From IMG/VR virus record IMGVR_UViG_3300023179_000127, positions 1 through 56,939 of that record: a stretch of 56,939 nt of DNA. One strand, 5' to 3'. Source of the DNA: a virus. Its lineage: Duplodnaviria > Caudoviricetes. Made by a program: the position numbers and the translations under genes. Each line of letters starts with the position of its first letter. Position 1 is the stretch's first letter. Below the pieces are notes generated by a model. It was not told where the DNA came from and ran no database searches. It worked only from the letters and a program-made list of their open reading frames with translations. Positions 49,867 to 56,939 of the stretch are shown in pieces.

Positions 49867-51573
49867 TTAATTTAATCTTCTCCATCCTTGTTGGAACAAA
49901 TCATCAACATCTGTAGGGTCATTATTGTCTCCTCTTATAACAATTGGTAATGGCATCATGGTTGTCTCTTTGTCTTTCTCGTTGCTGTAAATTGAAGTGG
50001 GGTTAATAAAATTTTTCAAACCGTAATCTAGCGCTTTAAGTTTCATGGGTCTTTTGTTTTCATCTAATTCTAAAATTTCAAAATAAGTATTAACCAATTC
50101 ACTTTCGAGTATTATTAATGCCCATACCAAACTCATGATTCTGTCGTCCCAGCTATCTACCCCGGGTTTTGCAGCCCATGTACCATTAGGGTATCTTACA
50201 AAACCGCGTAGCTCATTTAATGTCTGTATATCATGTATTTTTACAGAGCGTAATTCATTGACCCAGTAGCGCATGTTGACTACCCCTTTGTACTTTGTAT
50301 TGGTATGCGCAAGTATTCCAATTTTTTTAAATGTTTTATCAGCGCCAATTTTTGGCCCGTAAGTGACAACATTTTCGTAGCCAAGTGTAAATTTAAGTTG
50401 GTCAACTACTTGCGCTCCGCAATTATTTCTTTCAATTAATGCGGGCGGTGATCCCCAATGCAAGAGTATTTCATGTAATTTGGTTGTAAAGTTGTACGGG
50501 CTAATATGTCTATCATGGTAAATTGCGACTTGCTTTATGTTTCTCAAATCAGACAAATCAAGCACTTGTACACAGCTAGCTGCTTCTCCTATGCCTTCTG
50601 AAACGTCAACCCCCACAACATAAATACCATCTTTGTTGGGTTCTTCCCAAAGCAAGTATTTTCCTTCATCAAAAATAAATGGCGGGTCATAGCATTCTGA
50701 TTTTAATTCTAAAAATAATTTTTCATTAATAGCACTTTCACCAGTTTGAATAAACACATTGCCAAACTCTTGATCAAATGCATCAATGCTGCCCAAGGTG
50801 CGGATTGTTTTCTCTTTCCACTCCTCATCACGTCCTGGTACTTCCCACCAATCAACTCGCTCAGCATGCCACCCGTTTTTATTTTCCATGGCTCCAGTAT
50901 ACAATTCATGAAATAAATTTCCTGTACCGTTGGGGGTGCTTGCGACAAATATTTTTGATTTTTTAGAACTAGATATAATTGGATAGACTGATTTCCAAAA
51001 TTGTTCCACAAGATGATTATCAATAAACGCTAACTCATCTAATATAACAACATTTACAGATTCACCTCGACCTGCATCACTACTAGTAGTAGAGATACCA
51101 ATGGATGACCCATTACCTAATGTCATGGATGTCTTGCCATATTCTACGGCACCAGGTTTTAAATAATTCGGCAATTGTTCATATGCTAGGCGTACTCGTT
51201 TAAAAATGTTAATAGCAGTCTGTTCTTTATTTGCCACAATGAGTAATCTTTGATCTTCAAAAAAGCATGCTATCCATAATGCATAGATGGTCATTAAGGT
51301 TGTTTTGCCTATTTGTCGACTAGCAAGAAGACAAACAAATCTGTTGTCACGCAACCCTCTTAAAACGCGTTTCTGGTAATTGTGCAAAGCAATCTTTTCT
51401 TTACCTCTATCCAGATTAACAATATAGAAGAAATTTTCTGCAAAATAAATGATATTTTTTCTGCATTTAGCTATGTCTGCTACCCATTCTGGATGACTAG
51501 CATAATCAAATGCTGCATCTGGAGAAGGCAGGTTCTTATTACCCAAGTAATATTTTTCATTTTTTTCAGGCAT
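49867..51573 (-). CDS. gp17: Terminase large subunit
   Basis: Walker A ASRQIGKTT, Walker B VVILDE, STPNG coupling motif, nuclease VGVDVSEG...DDRIMS. Confidence 0.96.
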   Translation of the reverse strand: MPEKNEKYYLGNKNLPSPDAAFDYASHPEWVADIAKCRKNIIYFAENFFYIVNLDRGKEKIALHNYQKRVLRGLRDNRFVCLLASRQIGKTTLMTIYALWIACFFEDQRLLIVANKEQTAINIFKRVRLAYEQLPNYLKPGAVEYGKTSMTLGNGSSIGISTTSSDAGRGESVNVVILDELAFIDNHLVEQFWKSVYPIISSSKKSKIFVASTPNGTGNLFHELYTGAMENKNGWHAERVDWWEVPGRDEEWKEKTIRTLGSIDAFDQEFGNVFIQTGESAINEKLFLELKSECYDPPFIFDEGKYLLWEEPNKDGIYVVGVDVSEGIGEAASCVQVLDLSDLRNIKQVAIYHDRHISPYNFTTKLHEILLHWGSPPALIERNNCGAQVVDQLKFTLGYENVVTYGPKIGADKTFKKIGILAHTNTKYKGVVNMRYWVNELRSVKIHDIQTLNELRGFVRYPNGTWAAKPGVDSWDDRIMSLVWALIILESELVNTYFEILELDENKRPMKLKALDYGLKNFINPTSIYSNEKDKETTMMPLPIVIRGDNNDPTDVDDLFQQGWRRLN

Positions 51574-51592
51574 ACTATATTAAATACTTATG

Positions 51593-52474
51593 ATGAATAG
51601 AAAAAGATCACTTGAGAACATAAGTATGGTTTATGAGAAGAACATCTCGTTTAGCACGTTCGAGCAAGAAACTGGTAAAACAGTTGGCGAAAAAGACAGC
51701 AAGAAAAACCCTTTCGTTTTTAAAAACACAGGGCCGGAAAGCGCTGAAGGGTTTAAGAAAGAGCTCATTAAGCCTTCTGAAAAAGCTAAAGAAAAAGTAA
51801 AAGACAATTTTTACAAGCCAGAAAAATTTTCACAAAACCTTGAAAAAACAGAAGTAAAAGGTATAAATAATTTTATGAACAAATCCATCTTTGACAAACT
51901 TTATGAAGATGTCATGGGTTCTCAGCATGGCGATGTTGAAGCATCCGACGCTGAAGCGCTCGGACTTCCTTCTCCTGAAACATCGGGCGACGAGTCCGAG
52001 AAATCCACAAAAGAGCTAGTAGCTGACGCTATTGCCGCTCTTCAAAAGCTACATGATTCGCTACCTGATGAAGGTGGTGATGAAGCAGCTGGCGAAGAAG
52101 GTGCTGGTGAAGAAAAGCCTGCTGGTTCTGAAGACGCTGAAAAGAAAGCTGACGAAGATGAAGAAGAAGGCGAGAAGGAAGAAGAAAAAGATGAAGCTCA
52201 CAAAGAAGCCACTGAGCTCAAGGAACTTCCAGATAGCGCTGGCCAGTCTTTAACAAAGAAAGACAACAAGGTCGGTGATGCTACAAAGAGCCTTGCTAGC
52301 AAAGGTACTGCCGATGCTAAGACAACTGATAAAGTTGGTAATGATGGTGACAAAGGTCATGCATTAGTTGGTGCCGGTGTCAAAGGCGGCGCTCCAACAA
52401 GCCCCAAGGGCAAAGCCAACGTAGTTGCTAGCAACACATCCAAAGTTGGTGCTTACCTCGCTGGCCTCAAATAA
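51593..52474 (+). CDS. Highly charged, probably disordered late protein with a nested in-frame start at 51875
   Basis: Acidic central tract; TAAATA 6 nt before ATG 51593; followed by a terminator. Confidence 0.75.
   Translation: MNRKRSLENISMVYEKNISFSTFEQETGKTVGEKDSKKNPFVFKNTGPESAEGFKKELIKPSEKAKEKVKDNFYKPEKFSQNLEKTEVKGINNFMNKSIFDKLYEDVMGSQHGDVEASDAEALGLPSPETSGDESEKSTKELVADAIAALQKLHDSLPDEGGDEAAGEEGAGEEKPAGSEDAEKKADEDEEEGEKEEEKDEAHKEATELKELPDSAGQSLTKKDNKVGDATKSLASKGTADAKTTDKVGNDGDKGHALVGAGVKGGAPTSPKGKANVVASNTSKVGAYLAGLK
51862..51869 (+). promoter_or_regulatory. Intragenic T4-late-like promoter TATAAATA
   Basis: Exact consensus, 5 nt before in-frame ATG 51875. Confidence 0.7.
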
Positions 52475-52495
52475 TTTGTTGGTTGGTGTAAAAGT

Positions 52496-52525
52496 AAAAA
52501 AGGGCCCTAACGGGCCCTTTTTTTT
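52496..52525 (+). terminator. Rho-independent terminator, potentially bidirectional
   Basis: AAAAAA-GGGCCC-TAAC-GGGCCC-TTTTTTTT just after the 52474 stop. Confidence 0.9.
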
Positions 52526-52540
52526 GCTTAAATACTATTG

Positions 52541-52897
52541 ATGACTTTCAAGGATTATTACAGTCAAAAGACTGATGCAGCTGCTAAATTAACACCTGGT
52601 GTACAGAGTCGGCACATGCACCCTACTTTGAGAGACGTGCCTACTAATGCTAAATACCCTGGGAGAGTTGTTCCGCATTATCTACGTGCAGATAACAATA
52701 GAATACAAAAAATAGAAAACGCTAAGAGAGCTGTTAAAGGTGCATTCATACCGTTGAATTCACGTGAGCTAAGACGCATAAAACGCCTTTACAATGTAGA
52801 TTATAATATTCACGAGCCTAAAGCGTTGAAGGGTATACCGTCAGTAACATTAGAATATGACCCTGTAGCTAAACGCGCAGGGTTAAGAAAGAATTAA
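52541..52897 (+). CDS. Basic hypothetical late protein
   Basis: ATG 52541 lies 6 nt after TAAATA (52529-52534). Confidence 0.7.
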   Translation: MTFKDYYSQKTDAAAKLTPGVQSRHMHPTLRDVPTNAKYPGRVVPHYLRADNNRIQKIENAKRAVKGAFIPLNSRELRRIKRLYNVDYNIHEPKALKGIPSVTLEYDPVAKRAGLRKN

Positions 52898-52898
52898 C

Positions 52899-53627
52899 AT
52901 GGCCATTAATGCAAAAGATTCATACACCGGTGGTGAAATTAGCATATATCCTAATACTACACAAAATGATTGCTTCCGGTTCACAGACAAAGCTAATAAT
53001 GAAAATGAACGTCTAGTTTATTCTAATTATTGGAAAGAACAGTTAAGTTTGTATGGTCAAAAAGCATTGTATTTCACTAACAGCACACATTTAACTTCTG
53101 TGGATCCTTTGTATGGTGAAGACCCTACAAAAGGCTACAATACTGCAAAAGTCATTACCATAGGCATTAATTTAAATGAAAATGCTTTGCTATTGAGCAA
53201 ATATGGCTTGTTAGCAGAAGATGAAGTTTCTGGTTTTATTCATATACAAACATTTTATGATGTATTTGGTGCTAGTGCTGAGCCAAAATCTGATGATGTA
53301 TTTCAGCTGCATGAATATGGAAGTGACAGACCGGGTGGTCGTAACGGAAGAATGTACATAATAACTGAACGACTTGATCAAGACATTGCTCAAATAAATC
53401 CTCTGGCAGGGCATTATGTGTGGTTGATAAAAGCTAAGCGTTATGAACATTCTTTTGAACCTGGCTTGTCAGGCGAAGCTTTAAATAAGCAAGTCTTTGA
53501 AGACACGAAACCTGTAAGTGTAGATGGAGCGGATAAAGGGTATGATTATGATATTACAGAAGCTGGTAAGAAAGTTTTTGATTATACTAAGAACGATTAC
53601 TCAGACATTTACGGTGGTTACCAATAA
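52899..53627 (+). CDS. gp14: Neck/head-closure protein, T4 gp14-like
   Basis: EQLSLYGQKALY...DPLYGEDP...LLSKYGLLAEDE...EPKSDDVF...KRYEHS. Confidence 0.75.
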   Translation: MAINAKDSYTGGEISIYPNTTQNDCFRFTDKANNENERLVYSNYWKEQLSLYGQKALYFTNSTHLTSVDPLYGEDPTKGYNTAKVITIGINLNENALLLSKYGLLAEDEVSGFIHIQTFYDVFGASAEPKSDDVFQLHEYGSDRPGGRNGRMYIITERLDQDIAQINPLAGHYVWLIKAKRYEHSFEPGLSGEALNKQVFEDTKPVSVDGADKGYDYDITEAGKKVFDYTKNDYSDIYGGYQ

Positions 53628-53906
53628 TTACAAATTGTTACTGAGTTGTTCGTATTTTGCTTCGTAATTAGGTACTACTTCACCTTTGTGTAATGAAATT
53701 ACTTTGTCTGCTTCTCTGCAATTTTTAAAAGTAATTTTTACTGGAGAGTTTTTGCTTGTATCAAAGAAATATTCAACACCTTTGCCATCAGCAAGAGGTT
53801 TTATCTTTTTAAGAAGATACATGACACCTTGTTCAAAAAAGCTATCTAATAAAGATAGCTTTTTGCCAGGTCTTAAAGCAAAGCTGGTTCCGGGGAGGTA
53901 GTGCAT
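53628..53906 (-). CDS. Hypothetical protein, 92 aa
   Basis: Fills the gap and abuts the gp14 stop. Confidence 0.6.
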   Translation of the reverse strand: MHYLPGTSFALRPGKKLSLLDSFFEQGVMYLLKKIKPLADGKGVEYFFDTSKNSPVKITFKNCREADKVISLHKGEVVPNYEAKYEQLSNNL

Positions 53907-54190
53907 ACTTTATTATCTATAATAACATTTATTTCAGCGTCATTGTTTTCCGACATTAAAATTTCATCCTGCATCGATTCAAATCTCTCTTCTACATATT
54001 TGTGTAATGCAAGAGGTTTGATCCAGTCATTGTTGTTTAAATCTTGTTTCATCTGCACAGCTTTGTTACTAATTAGTTCAATAGCTTCTATCAGGCACAA
54101 CCATCGTGCATATTCTGGAAGCGGTAGATTAATATCACCGTTCTTTTCAGTTTTAATTATGAAAGACTTTTTTGAGGTTTTGAATTGCAT
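53873..54190 (-). CDS. Hypothetical protein (start reassigned to ATG 54190)
   Basis: ORF with a near-consensus sigma70 promoter immediately upstream. Confidence 0.65.
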   Translation of the reverse strand: MQFKTSKKSFIIKTEKNGDINLPLPEYARWLCLIEAIELISNKAVQMKQDLNNNDWIKPLALHKYVEERFESMQDEILMSENNDAEINVIIDNKVCTTSPEPALL

Positions 54191-54593
54191 ATCCAAGGAG
54201 TATAATTGAAAGTTTTAAAGCGTCAAGACAATTCTTTTGTGTGCCGCAAGTAATGTTGTTCAGAAAAGCTGTAATACAATTGTCAATTCCTTTTGCGAAA
54301 ACTTGCAAATCAGATGCATATTTAACTTTGTTTTCTTCTGTGTTGCTGCTGTTGCGTATTTCTCTGTTATAATTTTCCACTACCAAGCTTATCAAGCCGC
54401 GGAAAAATGCCGCATCACTTGCAGTGCCATCTTTGTAGTACGCAATGCATGAATCGAACAATTGGCGTGTAGATGTGTCTAAATCTCTTCTAATGCTGTC
54501 AATTACTAAATTTATATCTAATTTGTTCATGTTAGGCTGTGACACAAATGGATCAGCTGGCTTAGTACTGTCTATGTATTTTTCTAAGCTCAT
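54153..54593 (-). CDS. Hypothetical protein, 146 aa
   Basis: ATGA-coupled to the upstream ORF. Confidence 0.65.
   Translation of the reverse strand: MSLEKYIDSTKPADPFVSQPNMNKLDINLVIDSIRRDLDTSTRQLFDSCIAYYKDGTASDAAFFRGLISLVVENYNREIRNSSNTEENKVKYASDLQVFAKGIDNCITAFLNNITCGTQKNCLDALKLSIILLGYAIQNLKKVFHN
54199..54226 (-). promoter_or_regulatory. Sigma70-like promoter TTGACG-N16-TATACT inside the 146-aa ORF
   Basis: 5/6 match at both boxes; 8 nt before ATG 54190. Confidence 0.65.
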
Positions 54594-54991
54594 ATTTTTA
54601 TGTTTTTCTCAATTTCTGTGTTCACGATAGGTTCTGTTACAAGCACAGTATCACATGATACAAGCACATTTAAAGTTTTTTTACATTCAGTGCATTTGTA
54701 ATAATTGTCGTTGGTCATTTTAATAGGTACAAACTCTTTGTATTTTTTGTAGCATGGGCATTCTACTTCCATGCCTTGTGGGGTAACAGCTGCAAGCAAT
54801 TTGGCTTCTGCTTCTTTGTTCTTCAATGCAGTGTACACTTTGATAAAGTATGCATATGCGTTGAACCCTGCATATTGTAATACAATAGCAAATAAGAATG
54901 TAGGTATGAACGGTAATCCAACAGCGTGTCCAAAATATCCTATAACAGCTGCAGCCCCAATGAGCTTGGCTAATTGTAGTAGTAAAAGCAT
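54590..54991 (-). CDS. Membrane protein with C-terminal zinc-ribbon-like motif
   Basis: Two hydrophobic N-terminal segments; ECPC...CTEC. Confidence 0.7.
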   Translation of the reverse strand: MLLLLQLAKLIGAAAVIGYFGHAVGLPFIPTFLFAIVLQYAGFNAYAYFIKVYTALKNKEAEAKLLAAVTPQGMEVECPCYKKYKEFVPIKMTNDNYYKCTECKKTLNVLVSCDTVLVTEPIVNTEIEKNIKI

Positions 54992-55031
54992 TACTTGTAT
55001 TTAAATGGAAATCTATTTTATATCAAGCTTA

Positions 55032-55403
55032 TTATAACGTTTCTAATGTTTTGAACATGTTTTCTAGATCTGAATCCATTTTAGTTAGTTGTTTCAACAC
55101 CAAATTAATCTTATCTTTGGCGTTGGCGTTGTTCTCTAATACTGGGTTAGCTAAACTGTTTTTAAACAAATTTTGTAAATTTTTAACAGAAACAAGCAGG
55201 TTTGTTAATTGCGGAATAGTATTTTCTAATGGAAAAGGCGCAGGTTTGTCTACTTTAGTTGTGTTTGGATGTTGTTCTTTATTAGGATGGCCGAATAAAT
55301 CCTTGAGCGACACTTGTTGAGCTGCAGTTTCTTTAGAAGCAATGCCAGAAACCCATTTGTTGTAATACATCATTGCATCTTCAAAACATAGCTTTTTTTT
55401 CAT
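55032..55403 (-). CDS. Hypothetical late protein, 123 aa
   Basis: TAAATA 6 nt upstream of the start. Confidence 0.7.
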   Translation of the reverse strand: MKKKLCFEDAMMYYNKWVSGIASKETAAQQVSLKDLFGHPNKEQHPNTTKVDKPAPFPLENTIPQLTNLLVSVKNLQNLFKNSLANPVLENNANAKDKINLVLKQLTKMDSDLENMFKTLETL

Positions 55404-55409
55404 TAAAAA

Positions 55410-55429
55410 TATTTAATGTTTAATAAATA
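55410..55429. promoter_or_regulatory. Back-to-back divergent TAAATA elements
   Basis: Minus 55410-55415 and plus 55424-55429 within a 31-nt intergenic gap. Confidence 0.7.
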
Positions 55430-55434
55430 TTATT

Positions 55435-55845
55435 ATGGCACTATTTAAGAATAAGTTTAATTTTGTATTAGAAGCTAAGGATGATGTTGAAGATGCACCG
55501 ACAGGACCGGCCACAGACAAAGAAGCAATGGCAGGTGCATTAGATACTGCAACACCACAAGACTTTGATGTTTCTGCTCCTGGTAGACAGCCAGTAGAAG
55601 ATGTGCACACCGGTGAGCAAGTCAGCTTGCTGCAGCAATGGATTGGTCAAATTGATCAGTTCATTGAATATCTCAACGGCACAAGCCCTGATTCAATTCA
55701 AACTAAGCTTCATGCAGCGCCTTGTGATACTATTTTTGAAGATATTGCTAGAAGTGAGAAAAAGAAAATTTCTCGTCTGGCAGCAGAATTAAGCTCACTT
55801 AGTGAATCACTAAAAGGTTATCTAATTTCAGCGAACGACAGATAA
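55435..55845 (+). CDS. Hypothetical late protein, 136 aa
   Basis: TAAATA 5 nt upstream of the start. Confidence 0.75.
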   Translation: MALFKNKFNFVLEAKDDVEDAPTGPATDKEAMAGALDTATPQDFDVSAPGRQPVEDVHTGEQVSLLQQWIGQIDQFIEYLNGTSPDSIQTKLHAAPCDTIFEDIARSEKKKISRLAAELSSLSESLKGYLISANDR

Positions 55846-56856
55846 TTTTAATTTACCGAGCATTCCGGTAAATGAATTGTTTAACACAATTTGTTTATCA
55901 AATTCATCTAAATTATTTGCTATGCAATAATCGTTGACGTCTTTGTATTTTTTACCCATGTCTTCTGGCCATATAAAAACAGTCTCGCTGGCATCTAAAA
56001 GCTTTTTAGTTTTATTTTTACTTGCGCTATCAAGCCATTGGCTGTCTAATACCCATATTTTTTTAAACAACATAAATTGAGAAAGCTGTTGTTCTTGTAA
56101 TTTTGAAAATGTCTTGGTGCTATTTTCTTGAATACCGGCAACAGCTGTTCCATTTTTCATGAAAAATGCATCAATAGGGCCTTCAAAAATAAAGATATGT
56201 TCCTCTTTATCGCTGATTTTATCGAGATTGTAAAGTGATTTATCGCCACCGATCTTGCTCAAATATTTCGGATACTTACTATTCTTTGAATCATATATGG
56301 TGCGTGATTGATAAAATACCACTGATCCTTTTGTATCAGTGAACGGGATTATGATTCTATTTTTATGTGTTCGGTCACTCAAGGTAACATACAAAGCGTC
56401 AGGTCTGTTTACAGCAGTGCTCAAGCGTCGATGCTCAATAACCGCTTGCGCGTCACTTACTGTCTTATTATCATTATAAAAAGCAATTTGATCTTTGTCA
56501 AACAAATTTATAACATCTTTTGGTAAATCTGGTGCCTTGAATTCTGGTTTATCAAAATTTTTGTCTTTAGTCTTGTAATTTACATTGTCATATTCTTTGA
56601 CTTCTTTAAGAACATCTGTAAAAGAAAGATGAGCGACTTCTTGGATCCATTTTAGCGGTTTGGAATACCATCCGCAATTATGACAGCAAATAGCATCTTT
56701 ATCTACAATGTAGATGCATCTTCTCTTCTTGCCCCAGGATTTACCTTCTCTGCAAATAGGGCAACACGCTTCATATGTATTAGAGTACTTTTTAAATCGT
56801 GGGTACCCTGCGTATTGATAGAATTTTTGTATAGTATATGATTGAGGTATTACCAC
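55828..56856 (-). CDS. gp61: DNA primase, T4 gp61-like
   Basis: Zn-binding CPIC...CHNC; RIIIPF...QSR; TOPRIM FIFEGPIDA; KDVND. Confidence 0.92.
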   Translation of the reverse strand: MVIPQSYTIQKFYQYAGYPRFKKYSNTYEACCPICREGKSWGKKRRCIYIVDKDAICCHNCGWYSKPLKWIQEVAHLSFTDVLKEVKEYDNVNYKTKDKNFDKPEFKAPDLPKDVINLFDKDQIAFYNDNKTVSDAQAVIEHRRLSTAVNRPDALYVTLSDRTHKNRIIIPFTDTKGSVVFYQSRTIYDSKNSKYPKYLSKIGGDKSLYNLDKISDKEEHIFIFEGPIDAFFMKNGTAVAGIQENSTKTFSKLQEQQLSQFMLFKKIWVLDSQWLDSASKNKTKKLLDASETVFIWPEDMGKKYKDVNDYCIANNLDEFDKQIVLNNSFTGMLGKLKLSVVR

Positions 56857-56862
56857 ATTATG

Positions 56863-56890
56863 AGTATACTTGTTTAGAGAATAAAAACAA
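56863..56890 (-). promoter_or_regulatory. Sigma70-like promoter of primase (TTGTTT-N16-TATACT)
   Basis: -10 box 6 nt before GTG 56856. Confidence 0.55.
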
Positions 56891-56939
56891 GTTTATTTTT
56901 TTTCTGGTAAGTCTTTAACTGAAACAACGCCTTTATGTA

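Noticed and set aside
49867-51573. Intein or intron in the terminase
   Set aside because: 568 aa with normally spaced ATPase and nuclease motifs.
1-56939. Stop-codon reassignment
   Set aside because: Core genes are full length in the standard code; TAG (gp44) and TGA (589-aa protein, tape measure, primase) serve as apparent natural stops.

Overview
This 56.9-kb window is an AT-rich, densely coding segment of a large T4-like myovirus read in the standard genetic code. I found no tRNA, rRNA, CRISPR array or mobile element. The right half (30.6-56.9 kb) holds recognisable tail, baseplate and packaging genes: gp6, gp25, gp27-like, gp53, gp48-like, tape-measure-like, two gp26-like, gp54-like, gp19, gp18, gp3, gp17, a displaced gp16-like and gp14. 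A few replication genes are interleaved (gp44 clamp loader, dUTPase, gp61 primase). The left half (1.1-30.6 kb) is a minus-strand adsorption module: an S74-chaperoned fibre, gp7-like wedge proteins, LamG, PKD, RCC1 and beta-propeller proteins, and five proteins with long Thr/Pro mucin-like tracts. The most striking observation is that globular domains appear to be split between separate genes. An RCC1 propeller lacks its first GxNxxGQLG segment, and that segment occurs as an isolated 17-aa island in two different Thr/Pro proteins. An L-type lectin has its N-half in one Thr/Pro protein and its C-half in another. An ~80-aa N-terminal piece may belong with the downstream propeller gene. Together these suggest a fibre network assembled by fold complementation. 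A second pattern is that about 22 genes have TAAATA only 5-9 nt before the start codon, implying widespread leaderless mRNA. All product calls come from motif recognition by eye; no searches were run.
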